Shown here: piece by piece, positions 40,401 through 55,229 of the stretch
Layout of the letters: every line of letters starts with the position of its first letter
How positions within the stretch are numbered: position 1 is the stretch's first letter
NCBI GenBank assembly: GCA_964057225.1
Contig: OZ059897.1
Coordinates: 4,154,001-4,218,000, forward strand
DNA from: Auanema rhodensis
Lineage: Eukaryota > Animalia > Nematoda
DNA length: 64,000 bases
Direction: 5' to 3'
Position numbers and translations under genes: made by a program
The notes under the pieces: generated by a model
Database searches by the model: none
What the model was told of the DNA's origin: nothing
What the model saw: the letters and a program-made list of their open reading frames with translations, nothing else

Positions 40401-43400
40401 GATCTGTGTTATCAGATTTGAGTTAGCTTAAAAATGCACCGAGATATCAACTGATATATGTTCACACTTATATCCTCGATTTTCACCCTGAAGAAATGAT
40501 TTTTTCGTTGAAAAACATTGTCCATCGTATTCGTCTTGAAAAAAAGAATCTAAAAACATCTACTTTTTGTGAAATTATTCAGAAAATTTTCGGGAAAATT
40601 TTTGTCAAAATGTTTTTGGAAGCAATGTTGAGTGTACATGGGAACTCAACATACACTAATGCATTATTTTTCAAACGATCATAACTAATTTTTGTATGGA
40701 GCGTTTCTCAATGTAGTATAGTGCATTCGATGCGGATTTTTAAGCTGCGTTGATCTGTGTTATCAGATTTGCGCTAGCTTAAAAATGCACCGAGTAATCA
40801 ACTGATATAGGTTCACACTTATATCCTCGATTTTCACCCTGAAGAATTAATTTTTTCGTTGAATAACATTGTCCATCGTCTTTGCCTTGAAAAAAGAAAT
40901 CTAAAAACTCCTACTTTTCGTGAAATTATTTAGAAATTTTTCGGGAAAATTTTTGTCACAATGTTTTTGGAAGCAATGTTGAGTGTACATGGGAACTCAG
41001 CATACACTAATGCATTATTTTTCAAACGATCATAACTAATTTTTGTATGGAGCGTTTTTCAATGTAGTATAGTGCATTCGATGCGGATTTTTAAGCTGCG
41101 TTGATCTGTGTTATCAGATTTGAGTTAGCTTAAAAATGCACCGAGATATCAACTGATATATGTTCACACTTATATCCTCGATTTTCACCCTGAAGAAATG
41201 ATTTTTTCGTTGAAAAACATTGTCCATCGTATTCGTCTTGAAAAAAAGAATCTAAAAACATCTACTTTTTGTGAAATTATTCAGAAAATTTTCGGGAAAA
41301 TTTTTGTCAAAATGTTTTTGGAAGCAATGTTGAGTGTACATGGGAACTCAACATACACTAATGCATTATTTTTCAAACGATCATAACTAATTTTTGTATG
41401 GAGCGTTTCTCAATGTAGTATAGTGCATTCGATGCGGATTTTTAAGCTGCGTTGATCTGTGTTATCAGATTTGCGCTAGCTTAAAAATGCACCGAGTAAT
41501 CAACTGATATAGGTTCACACTTATATCCTCGATTTTCACCCTGAAGAATTAATTTTTTCGTTGAATAACATTGTCCATCGTCTTTGCCTTGAAAAAAGAA
41601 ATCTAAAAACTCCTACTTTTCGTGAAATTATTTAGAAATTTTTCGGGAAAATTTTTGTCACAATGTTTTTGGAAGCAATGTTGAGTGTACATGGGAACTC
41701 AGCATACACTAATGCATTATTTTTCAAACGATCATAACTAATTTTTGTATAGAGCGTTTCTCAATGTAGTATAGTGCATTCGATGCGGATTTTTAAGCTG
41801 CGTCGATCTGTGTTATCAGATTTGAGTTAGCTTGAAAATGCACCGAGATATCAACTGATATATGTTCACACTTATATCCTCGATTTTCACCCTGAAGAAA
41901 TGATTTTTTCGTTGAAAAACATTGTCCATCGTATTCGTCTTGAAAAAAGAAATCTAAAAACATCTACTTTTTGTGAAATTATTTAGAAATTTTTCGGGAA
42001 AATTTTTGTCACAATGTTTTTGGAAGCAATGTTGAGTGTACATGGGAACTCAGCATACACTAATGCATTATTTTTCAAACGATCATAACTAATTTTTGTA
42101 TAGAGCGTTTCTCAATGTAGTATAGTGCATTCGATGCGGATTTTTAAGCTGCGTCGATCTGTGTTATCAGATTTGAGTTAGCTTAAAAATGCACCGAGAT
42201 ATCAACTGATATATGTTCACACTTATATCCTCGATTTTCACCCTGAAGAAATGATTTTTTCGTTGAAAAACATTGTCCATCGTATTCGTCTTGAAAAAAA
42301 GAATCTAAAAACATCTACTTTTTGTGAAATTATTCAGAAATTTTTCGGGAAAATTTTTGTCAAAATGTTTTTGGAAGCAATGTTGAGTGTACATGGGAAC
42401 TCAACATACACTAATGCATTATTTTTCAAACGATCATAACTAATTTTTGTATGGAGCGTTTCTCAATGTAGTATAGTGCATTCGATGCGGATTTTTAAGC
42501 TGCGTTGATCTGTGTTATCAGATTTGCGCTAGCTTAAAAATGCACCGAGTAATCAACTGATATAGGTTCACACTTATATCCTCGATTTTCACCCTGAAGA
42601 ATTAATTTTTTCGTTGAATAACATTGTCCATCGTCTTTGCCTTGAAAAAAGAAATCTAAAAACTCCTACTTTTCGTGAAATTATTTAGAAATTTTTCGGG
42701 AAAATTTTTGTCACAATGTTTTTGGAAGCAACGTTGAGTGTACATGGGAACTCAGCATACACTAATGCATTATTTTTCAAACGATCATAACTAATTTTTG
42801 TATGGAGCGTTTCTCAATGTAGTATAGTGCATTCGATGCGGATTTTTAAGCTGCGTTGATCTGTGTTATCAGATTTGCGCTAGCTTAAAAATGCACCGAG
42901 TAATCAACTGATATAGGTTCACACTTATATCCTCGATTTTCACCCTGAAGAATTAATTTTTTCGTTGAATAACGTTGTCCATCGTCTTTGCCTTGAAAAA
43001 AAAAATCTAAAAACTCCTACTTTTTGTGAAATTATTTAGAAATTTTTCGGGAAAATTTTTGTCACAATGTTTTTGGAAGCAATGTTGAGTGTACATGGGA
43101 ACTCAGCATACACTAATGCATTATTTTTCAAACGATCATAACTAATTTTTGTATGGAGCGTTTCTCAATGTAGTATAGTGCATTCGATGCGGATTTTTAA
43201 GCTGCGTTGATCTGTGTTATCAGATTTGCGCTAGCTTAAAAATGCACCGAGTAATCAACTGATATAGGTTCACACTTATATCCTCGATTTTCACCCTGAA
43301 GAATTAATTTTTTCGTTGAATAACATTGTCCATCGTCTTTGCCTTGAAAAAAGAAATCTAAAAACTCCTACTTTTTGTGAAATTATTTAGAAATTTTTCG

Positions 43401-46400
43401 GGAAAATTTTTGTCACAATGTTTTTGGAAGCAACGTTGAGTGTACATGGGAACTCAGCATACACTAATGCATTATTTTTCAAACGATCATAACTAATTTT
43501 TGTATGGAGCGTTTTTCAATGTAGTATAGTGCATTCGATGCGGATTTTTAAGCTGCGTCGATCTGTGTTATCAGATTTGAGTTAGCTTAAAAATGCACCG
43601 AGTAATCAACTGATATAGGTTCACACTTATATCCTCGATTTTCACCCTGAAGAATTAATTTTTTCGTTGAATAACATTGTCCATCGTCTTTGCCTTGAAA
43701 AAAGAAATCTAAAAACTCCTACTTTTTGTGAAATTATTTAGAAATTTTTCGGGAAAATTTTTGTCACAATGTTTTTGGAAGCAATGTTGAGTGTACATGG
43801 GAACTCAGCATACACTAATGCATTATTTTTCAAACGATCATAACTAATTTTTGTATGGAGCGTTTCTCAATGTAGTATAGTGCATTCGATGCGGATTTTT
43901 AAGCTGCGTTGATCTGTGTTATCAGATTTGCGCTAGCTTAAAAATGCACCGAGTAATCAACTGATATAGGTTCTCACTTATATCCTCGATTTTCACCCTG
44001 AAGAATTAATTTTTTCGTTGAATAACATTGTCCATCGTCTTTGCCTTGAAAAAAGAAATCTAAAAACTCCTACTTTTCGTGAAATTATTTAGAAATTTTT
44101 CGGGAAAATTTTTGTCACAATGTTTTTGGAAGCAATGTTGAGTGTACATGGGAACTCAGCATACACTAATGCATTATTTTTCAAACGATCATAACTAATT
44201 TTTGTATAGAGCGTTTCTCAATGTAGTATAGTGCATTCGATGCGGATTTTTAAGCTGCGTCGATCTGTGTTATCAGATTTGAGTTAGCTTGAAAATGCAC
44301 CGAGATATCAACTGATATATGTTCACACTTATATCCTCGATTTTCACCCTGAAGAAATGATTTTTTCGTTGAAAAACATTGTCCATCGTATTCGTCTTGA
44401 AAAAAGAAATCTAAAAACATCTACTTTTTGTGAAATTATTTAGAAATTTTTCGGGAAAATTTTTGTCACAATGTTTTTGGAAGCAATGTTGAGTGTACAT
44501 GGGAACTCAGCATACACTAATGCATTATTTTTCAAACGATCATAACTAATTTTTGTATAGAGCGTTTCTCAATGTAGTATAGTGCATTCGATGCGGATTT
44601 TTAAGCTGCGTCGATCTGTGTTATCAGATTTGAGTTAGCTTAAAAATGCACCGAGATATCAACTGATATATGTTCACACTTATATCCTCGATTTTCACCC
44701 TGAAGAAATGATTTTTTCGTTGAAAAACATTGTCCATCGTATTCGTCTTGAAAAAAAGAATCTAAAAACATCTACTTTTTGTGAAATTATTCAGAAATTT
44801 TTCGGGAAAATTTTTGTCAAAATGTTTTTGGAAGCAATGTTGAGTGTACATGGGAACTCAACATACACTAATGCATTATTTTTCAAACGATCATAACTAA
44901 TTTTTGTATGGAGCGTTTCTCAATGTAGTATAGTGCATTCGATGCGGATTTTTAAGCTGCGTTGATCTGTGTTATCAGATTTGCGCTAGCTTAAAAATGC
45001 ACCGAGTAATCAACTGATATAGGTTCACACTTATATCCTCGATTTTCACCCTGAAGAATTAATTTTTTCGTTGAATAACATTGTCCATCGTCTTTGCCTT
45101 GAAAAAAGAAATCTAAAAACTCCTACTTTTCGTGAAATTATTTAGAAATTTTTCGGGAAAATTTTTGTCACAATGTTTTTGGAAGCAACGTTGAGTGTAC
45201 ATGGGAACTCAGCATACACTAATGCATTATTTTTCAAACGATCATAACTAATTTTTGTATGGAGCGTTTCTCAATGTAGTATAGTGCATTCGATGCGGAT
45301 TTTTAAGCTGCGTTGATCTGTGTTATCAGATTTGCGCTAGCTTAAAAATGCACCGAGTAATCAACTGATATAGGTTCACACTTATATCCTCGATTTTCAC
45401 CCTGAAGAATTAATTTTTTCGTTGAATAACATTGTCCATCGTCTTTGCCTTGAAAAAAGAAATCTAAAAACTCCTACTTTTTGTGAAATTATTTAGAAAT
45501 TTTTCGGGAAAATTTTTGTCACAATGTTTTTGGAAGCAATGTTGAGTGTACATGGGAACTCAGCATACACTAATGCATTATTTTTCAAACGATCATAACT
45601 AATTTTTGTATGGAGCGTTTCTCAATGTAGTATAGTGCATTCGATGCGGATTTTTAAGCTGCGTTGATCTGTGTTATCAGATTTGCGCTAGCTTAAAAAT
45701 GCACCGAGTAATCAACTGATATAGGTTCTCACTTATATCCTCGATTTTCACCCTGAAGAATTAATTTTTTCGTTGAATAACATTGTCCATCGTCTTTGCC
45801 TTGAAAAAAGAAATCTAAAAACTCCTACTTTTCGTGAAATTATTTAGAAATTTTTCGGGAAAATTTTTGTCACAATGTTTTTGGAAGCAATGTTGAGTGT
45901 ACATGGGAACTCAGCATACACTAATGCATTATTTTTCAAACGATCATAACTAATTTTTGTATAGAGCGTTTCTCAATGTAGTATAGTGCATTCGATGCGG
46001 ATTTTTAAGCTGCGTCGATCTGTGTTATCAGATTTGAGTTAGCTTGAAAATGCACCGAGATATCAACTGATATATGTTCACACTTATATCCTCGATTTTC
46101 ACCCTGAAGAAATGATTTTTTCGTTGAAAAACATTGTCCATCGTATTCGTCTTGAAAAAAGAAATCTAAAAACATCTACTTTTTGTGAAATTATTTAGAA
46201 ATTTTTCGGGAAAATTTTTGTCACAATGTTTTTGGAAGCAATGTTGAGTGTACATGGGAACTCAGCATACACTAATGCATTATTTTTCAAACGATCATAA
46301 CTAATTTTTGTATAGAGCGTTTCTCAATGTAGTATAGTGCATTCGATGCGGATTTTTAAGCTGCGTCGATCTGTGTTATCAGATTTGAGTTAGCTTAAAA

Positions 46401-49400
46401 ATGCACCGAGATATCAACTGATATATGTTCACACTTATATCCTCGATTTTCACCCTGAAGAAATGATTTTTTCGTTGAAAAACATTGTCCATCGTATTCG
46501 TCTTGAAAAAAAGAATCTAAAAACATCTACTTTTTGTGAAATTATTTAGAAATTTTTCGGGAAAATTTTTGTCACAATGTTTTTGGAAGCAATGTTGAGT
46601 GTACATGGGAACTCAGCATACACTAATGCATTATTTTTCAAACGATCATAACTAATTTTTGTATGGAGCGTTTCTCAATGTAGTATAGTGCATTCGATGC
46701 GGATTTTTAAGCTGCGTTGATCTGTGTTATCAGATTTGCGCTAGCTTAAAAATGCACCGAGTAATCAACTGATATAGGTTCACACTTATATCCTCGATTT
46801 TCACCCTGAAGAATTAATTTTTTCGTTGAATAACGTTGTCCATCGTCTTTGCCTTGAAAAAAAAAATCTAAAAACTCCTACTTTTTGTGAAATTATTTAG
46901 AAATTTTTCGGGAAAATTTTTGTCACAATGTTTTTGGAAGCAATGTTGAGTGTACATGGGAACTCAGCATACACTAATGCATTATTTTTCAAACGATCAT
47001 AACTAATTTTTGTATGGAGCGTTTCTCAATGTAGTATAGTGCATTCGATGCGGATTTTTAAGCTGCGTTGATCTGTGTTATCAGATTTGCGCTAGCTTAA
47101 AAATGCACCGAGTAATCAACTGATATAGGTTCACACTTATATCCTCGATTTTCACCCTGAAGAATTAATTTTTTCGTTGAATAACATTGTCCATCGTCTT
47201 TGCCTTGAAAAAAGAAATCTAAAAACTCCTACTTTTTGTGAAATTATTTAGAAATTTTTCGGGAAAATTTTTGTCACAATGTTTTTGGAAGCAACGTTGA
47301 GTGTACATGGGAACTCAGCATACACTAATGCATTATTTTTCAAACGATCATAACTAATTTTTGTATGGAGCGTTTTTCAATGTAGTATAGTGCATTCGAT
47401 GCGGATTTTTAAGCTGCGTCGATCTGTGTTATCAGATTTGAGTTAGCTTAAAAATGCACCGAGTAATCAACTGATATAGGTTCACACTTATATCCTCGAT
47501 TTTCACCCTGAAGAATTAATTTTTTCGTTGAATAACATTGTCCATCGTCTTTGCCTTGAAAAAAGAAATCTAAAAACTCCTACTTTTTGTGAAATTATTT
47601 AGAAATTTTTCGGGAAAATTTTTGTCACAATGTTTTTGGAAGCAATGTTGAGTGTACATGGGAACTCAGCATACACTAATGCATTATTTTTCAAACGATC
47701 ATAACTAATTTTTGTATGGAGCGTTTCTCAATGTAGTATAGTGCATTCGATGCGGATTTTTAAGCTGCGTTGATCTGTGTTATCAGATTTGCGCTAGCTT
47801 AAAAATGCACCGAGTAATCAACTGATATAGGTTCTCACTTATATCCTCGATTTTCACCCTGAAGAATTAATTTTTTCGTTGAATAACATTGTCCATCGTC
47901 TTTGCCTTGAAAAAAGAAATCTAAAAACTCCTACTTTTCGTGAAATTATTTAGAAATTTTTCGGGAAAATTTTTGTCACAATGTTTTTGGAAGCAATGTT
48001 GAGTGTACATGGGAACTCAGCATACACTAATGCATTATTTTTCAAACGATCATAACTAATTTTTGTATAGAGCGTTTCTCAATGTAGTATAGTGCATTCG
48101 ATGCGGATTTTTAAGCTGCGTCGATCTGTGTTATCAGATTTGAGTTAGCTTGAAAATGCACCGAGATATCAACTGATATATGTTCACACTTATATCCTCG
48201 ATTTTCACCCTGAAGAAATGATTTTTTCGTTGAAAAACATTGTCCATCGTATTCGTCTTGAAAAAAGAAATCTAAAAACATCTACTTTTTGTGAAATTAT
48301 TTAGAAATTTTTCGGGAAAATTTTTGTCACAATGTTTTTGGAAGCAATGTTGAGTGTACATGGGAACTCAGCATACACTAATGCATTATTTTTCAAACGA
48401 TCATAACTAATTTTTGTATAGAGCGTTTCTCAATGTAGTATAGTGCATTCGATGCGGATTTTTAAGCTGCGTCGATCTGTGTTATCAGATTTGAGTTAGC
48501 TTAAAAATGCACCGAGATATCAACTGATATATGTTCACACTTATATCCTCGATTTTCACCCTGAAGAAATGATTTTTTCGTTGAAAAACATTGTCCATCG
48601 TATTCGTCTTGAAAAAAAGAATCTAAAAACATCTACTTTTTGTGAAATTATTCAGAAATTTTTCGGGAAAATTTTTGTCAAAATGTTTTTGGAAGCAATG
48701 TTGAGTGTACATGGGAACTCAACATACACTAATGCATTATTTTTCAAACGATCATAACTAATTTTTGTATGGAGCGTTTCTCAATGTAGTATAGTGCATT
48801 CGATGCGGATTTTTAAGCTGCGTTGATCTGTGTTATCAGATTTGCGCTAGCTTAAAAATGCACCGAGTAATCAACTGATATAGGTTCACACTTATATCCT
48901 CGATTTTCACCCTGAAGAATTAATTTTTTCGTTGAATAACATTGTCCATCGTCTTTGCCTTGAAAAAAGAAATCTAAAAACTCCTACTTTTCGTGAAATT
49001 ATTTAGAAATTTTTCGGGAAAATGTTTGTCACAATGTTTTTGGAAGCAACGTTGAGTGTACATGGGAACTCAGCATACACTAATGCATTATTTTTCAAAC
49101 GATCATAACTAATTTTTGTATGGAGCGTTTCTCAATGTAGTATAGTGCATTCGATGCGGATTTTTAAGCTGCGTTGATCTGTGTTATCAGATTTGCGCTA
49201 GCTTAAAAATGCACCGAGTAATCAACTGATATAGGTTCACACTTATATCCTCGATTTTCACCCTGAAGAATTAATTTTTTCGTTGAATAACATTGTCCAT
49301 CGTCTTTGCCTTGAAAAAAGAAATCTAAAAACTCCTACTTTTTGTGAAATTATTTAGAAATTTTTCGGGAAAATTTTTGTCACAATGTTTTTGGAAGCAA

Positions 49401-52400
49401 CGTTGAGTGTACATGGGAACTCAGCATACACTAATGCATTATTTTTCAAACGATCATAACTAATTTTTGTATGGAGCGTTTTTCAATGTAGTATAGTGCA
49501 TTCGATGCGGATTTTTAAGCTGCGTCGATCTGTGTTATCAGATTTGAGTTAGCTTAAAAATGCACCGAGTAATCAACTGATATAGGTTCACACTTATATC
49601 CTCGATTTTCACCCTGAAGAATTAATTTTTTCGTTGAATAACATTGTCCATCGTCTTTGCCTTGAAAAAAGAAATCTAAAAACTCCTACTTTTTGTGAAA
49701 TTATTTAGAAATTTTTCGGGAAAATTTTTGTCACAATGTTTTTGGAAGCAATGTTGAGTGTACATGGGAACTCAGCATACACTAATGCATTATTTTTCAA
49801 ACGATCATAACTAATTTTTGTATGGAGCGTTTCTCAATGTAGTATAGTGCATTCGATGCGGATTTTTAAGCTGCGTTGATCTGTGTTATCAGATTTGCGC
49901 TAGCTTAAAAATGCACCGAGTAATCAACTGATATAGGTTCACACTTATATCCTCGATTTTCACCCTGAAGAATTAATTTTTTCGTTGAATAACGTTGTCC
50001 ATCGTCTTTGCCTTGAAAAAAAAAATCTAAAAACTCCTACTTTTTGTGAAATTATTTAGAAATTTTTCGGGAAAATTTTTGTCACAATGTTTTTGGAAGC
50101 AATGTTGAGTGTACATGGGAACTCAGCATACACTAATGCATTATTTTTCAAACGATCATAACTAATTTTTGTATGGAGCGTTTCTCAATGTAGTATAGTG
50201 CATTCGATGCGGATTTTTAAGCTGCGTTGATCTGTGTTATCAGATTTGCGCTAGCTTAAAAATGCACCGAGTAATCAACTGATATAGGTTCACACTTATA
50301 TCCTCGATTTTCACCCTGAAGAATTAATTTTTTCGTTGAATAACATTGTCCATCGTCTTTGCCTTGAAAAAAGAAATCTAAAAACTCCTACTTTTTGTGA
50401 AATTATTTAGAAATTTTTCGGGAAAATTTTTGTCACAATGTTTTTGGAAGCAACGTTGAGTGTACATGGGAACTCAGCATACACTAATGCATTATTTTTC
50501 AAACGATCATAACTAATTTTTGTATGGAGCGTTTTTCAATGTAGTATAGTGCATTCGATGCGGATTTTTAAGCTGCGTCGATCTGTGTTATCAGATTTGA
50601 GTTAGCTTAAAAATGCACCGAGTAATCAACTGATATAGGTTCACACTTATATCCTCGATTTTCACCCTGAAGAATTAATTTTTTCGTTGAATAACATTGT
50701 CCATCGTCTTTGCCTTGAAAAAAGAAATCTAAAAACTCCTACTTTTTGTGAAATTATTTAGAAATTTTTCGGGAAAATTTTTGTCACAATGTTTTTGGAA
50801 GCAATGTTGAGTGTACATGGGAACTCAGCATACACTAATGCATTATTTTTCAAACGATCATAACTAATTTTTGTATGGAGCGTTTCTCAATGTAGTATAG
50901 TGCATTCGATGCGGATTTTTAAGCTGCGTTGATCTGTGTTATCAGATTTGCGCTAGCTTAAAAATGCACCGAGTAATCAACTGATATAGGTTCACACTTA
51001 TATCCTCGATTTTCACCCTGAAGAATTAATTTTTTCGTTGAATAACGTTGTCCATCGTCTTTGCCTTGAAAAAAAAAATCTAAAAACTCCTACTTTTTGT
51101 GAAATTATTTAGAAATTTTTCGGGAAAATTTTTGTCACAATGTTTTTGGAAGCAATGTTGAGTGTACATGGGAACTCAGCATACACTAATGCATTATTTT
51201 TCAAACGATCATAACTAATTTTTGTATGGAGCGTTTCTCAATGTAGTATAGTGCATTCGATGCGGATTTTTAAGCTGCGTTGATCTGTGTTATCAGATTT
51301 GCGCTAGCTTAAAAATGCACCGAGTAATCAACTGATATAGGTTCACACTTATATCCTCGATTTTCACCCTGAAGAATTAATTTTTTCGTTGAATAACATT
51401 GTCCATCGTCTTTGCCTTGAAAAAAGAAATCTAAAAACTCCTACTTTTTGTGAAATTATTTAGAAATTTTTCGGGAAAATTTTTGTCACAATGTTTTTGG
51501 AAGCAACGTTGAGTGTACATGGGAACTCAGCATACACTAATGCATTATTTTTCAAACGATCATAACTAATTTTTGTATGGAGCGTTTTTCAATGTAGTAT
51601 AGTGCATTCGATGCGGATTTTTAAGCTGCGTCGATCTGTGTTATCAGATTTGAGTTAGCTTAAAAATGCACCGAGTAATCAACTGATATAGGTTCACACT
51701 TATATCCTCGATTTTCACCCTGAAGAATTAATTTTTTCGTTGAATAACATTGTCCATCGTCTTTGCCTTGAAAAAAGAAATCTAAAAACTCCTACTTTTT
51801 GTGAAATTATTTAGAAATTTTTCGGGAAAATTTTTGTCACAATGTTTTTGGAAGCAATGTTGAGTGTACATGGGAACTCAGCATACACTAATGCATTATT
51901 TTTCAAACGATCATAACTAATTTTTGTATGGAGCGTTTCTCAATGTAGTATAGTGCATTCGATGCGGATTTTTAAGCTGCGTTGATCTGTGTTATCAGAT
52001 TTGCGCTAGCTTAAAAATGCACCGAGTAATCAACTGATATAGGTTCACACTTATATCCTCGATTTTCACCCTGAAGAATTAATTTTTTCGTTGAATAACG
52101 TTGTCCATCGTCTTTGCCTTGAAAAAAAAAATCTAAAAACTCCTACTTTTTGTGAAATTATTTAGAAATTTTTCGGGAAAATTTTTGTCACAATGTTTTT
52201 GGAAGCAATGTTGAGTGTACATGGGAACTCAGCATACACTAATGCATTATTTTTCAAACGATCATAACTAATTTTTGTATGGAGCGTTTCTCAATGTAGT
52301 ATAGTGCATTCGATGCGGATTTTTAAGCTGCGTTGATCTGTGTTATCAGATTTGCGCTAGCTTAAAAATGCACCGAGTAATCAACTGATATAGGTTCACA

Positions 52401-55200
52401 CTTATATCCTCGATTTTCACCCTGAAGAATTAATTTTTTCGTTGAATAACATTGTCCATCGTCTTTGCCTTGAAAAAAGAAATCTAAAAACTCCTACTTT
52501 TTGTGAAATTATTTAGAAATTTTTCGGGAAAATTTTTGTCACAATGTTTTTGGAAGCAACGTTGAGTGTACATGGGAACTCAGCATACACTAATGCATTA
52601 TTTTTCAAACGATCATAACTAATTTTTGTATGGAGCGTTTTTCAATGTAGTATAGTGCATTCGATGCGGATTTTTAAGCTGCGTCGATCTGTGTTATCAG
52701 ATTTGAGTTAGCTTAAAAATGCACCGAGTAATCAACTGATATAGGTTCACACTTATATCCTCGATTTTCACCCTGAAGAATTAATTTTTTCGTTGAATAA
52801 CATTGTCCATCGTCTTTGCCTTGAAAAAAGAAATCTAAAAACTCCTACTTTTTGTGAAATTATTTAGAAATTTTTCGGGAAAATTTTTGTCACAATGTTT
52901 TTGGAAGCAATGTTGAGTGTACATGGGAACTCAGCATACACTAATGCATTATTTTTCAAACGATCATAACTAATTTTTGTATGGAGCGTTTCTCAATGTA
53001 GTATAGTGCATTCGATGCGGATTTTTAAGCTGCGTTGATCTGTGTTATCAGATTTGCGCTAGCTTAAAAATGCACCGAGTAATCAACTGATATAGGTTCT
53101 CACTTATATCCTCGATTTTCACCCTGAAGAATTAATTTTTTCGTTGAATAACATTGTCCATCGTCTTTGCCTTGAAAAAAGAAATCTAAAAACTCCTACT
53201 TTTCGTGAAATTATTTAGAAATTTTTCGGGAAAATTTTTGTCACAATGTTTTTGGAAGCAATGTTGAGTGTACATGGGAACTCAGCATACACTAATGCAT
53301 TATTTTTCAAACGATCATAACTAATTTTTGTATAGAGCGTTTCTCAATGTAGTATAGTGCATTCGATGCGGATTTTTAAGCTGCGTCGATCTGTGTTATC
53401 AGATTTGAGTTAGCTTGAAAATGCACCGAGATATCAACTGATATATGTTCACACTTATATCCTCGATTTTCACCCTGAAGAAATGATTTTTTCGTTGAAA
53501 AACATTGTCCATCGTATTCGTCTTGAAAAAAGAAATCTAAAAACATCTACTTTTTGTGAAATTATTTAGAAATTTTTCGGGAAAATTTTTGTCACAATGT
53601 TTTTGGAAGCAATGTTGAGTGTACATGGGAACTCAGCATACACTAATGCATTATTTTTCAAACGATCATAACTAATTTTTGTATAGAGCGTTTCTCAATG
53701 TAGTATAGTGCATTCGATGCGGATTTTTAAGCTGCGTCGATCTGTGTTATCAGATTTGAGTTAGCTTAAAAATGCACCGAGATATCAACTGATATATGTT
53801 CACACTTATATCCTCGATTTTCACCCTGAAGAAATGATTTTTTCGTTGAAAAACATTGTCCATCGTATTCGTCTTGAAAAAAAGAATCTAAAAACATCTA
53901 CTTTTTGTGAAATTATTCAGAAATTTTTCGGGAAAATTTTTGTCAAAATGTTTTTGGAAGCAATGTTGAGTGTACATGGGAACTCAACATACACTAATGC
54001 ATTATTTTTCAAACGATCATAACTAATTTTTGTATGGAGCGTTTCTCAATGTAGTATAGTGCATTCGATGCGGATTTTTAAGCTGCGTTGATCTGTGTTA
54101 TCAGATTTGCGCTAGCTTAAAAATGCACCGAGTAATCAACTGATATAGGTTCACACTTATATCCTCGATTTTCACCCTGAAGAATTAATTTTTTCGTTGA
54201 ATAACATTGTCCATCGTCTTTGCCTTGAAAAAAGAAATCTAAAAACTCCTACTTTTCGTGAAATTATTTAGAAATTTTTCGGGAAAATTTTTGTCACAAT
54301 GTTTTTGGAAGCAACGTTGAGTGTACATGGGAACTCAGCATACACTAATGCATTATTTTTCAAACGATCATAACTAATTTTTGTATGGAGCGTTTCTCAA
54401 TGTAGTATAGTGCATTCGATGCGGATTTTTAAGCTGCGTTGATCTGTGTTATCAGATTTGCGCTAGCTTAAAAATGCACCGAGTAATCAACTGATATAGG
54501 TTCACACTTATATCCTCGATTTTCACCCTGAAGAATTAATTTTTTCGTTGAATAACATTGTCCATCGTCTTTGCCTTGAAAAAAGAAATCTAAAAACTCC
54601 TACTTTTTGTGAAATTATTTAGAAATTTTTCGGGAAAATTTTTGTCACAATGTTTTTGGAAGCAACGTTGAGTGTACATGGGAACTCAGCATACACTAAT
54701 GCATTATTTTTCAAACGATCATAACTAATTTTTGTATGGAGCGTTTTTCAATGTAGTATAGTGCATTCGATGCGGATTTTTAAGCTGCGTCGATCTGTGT
54801 TATCAGATTTGAGTTAGCTTAAAAATGCACCGAGTAATCAACTGATATAGGTTCACACTTATATCCTCGATTTTCACCCTGAAGAATTAATTTTTTCGTT
54901 GAATAACATTGTCCATCGTCTTTGCCTTGAAAAAAGAAATCTAAAAACTCCTACTTTTTGTGAAATTATTTAGAAATTTTTCGGGAAAATTTTTGTCACA
55001 ATGTTTTTGGAAGCAATGTTGAGTGTACATGGGAACTCAGCATACACTAATGCATTATTTTTCAAACGATCATAACTAATTTTTGTATGGAGCGTTTCTC
55101 AATGTAGTATAGTGCATTCGATGCGGATTTTTAAGCTGCGTTGATCTGTGTTATCAGATTTGCGCTAGCTTAAAAATGCACCGAGTAATCAACTGATATA
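34500..55200. repeat. Domain of 7-mer (2,457-bp) higher-order repeats with shortened and expanded derivatives
   Basis: The marker monomer carrying the 62-aa ORF lies at 35231, 37688 (+7), 39794 (+6), 42251, 44708 (+7). Domain markers ttttcgtgaa, gcaacgttg and ggttctcac recur in fixed order. 34500-38519 matches 41520-45539 with one mismatch seen (36910). Confidence 0.85.
49265..53100. repeat. Trimer (1,053-bp) expansion, about 3.7 copies, nested within one 7-mer-type unit
   Basis: aataacgtt/A10 monomer at ~49990, 51043, 52096; gcaacg plus cgtttttca monomer repeats with the same period. Confidence 0.85.
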
Positions 55201-55229
55201 TGTTCACACTTATATCCTCGATTTTCACC

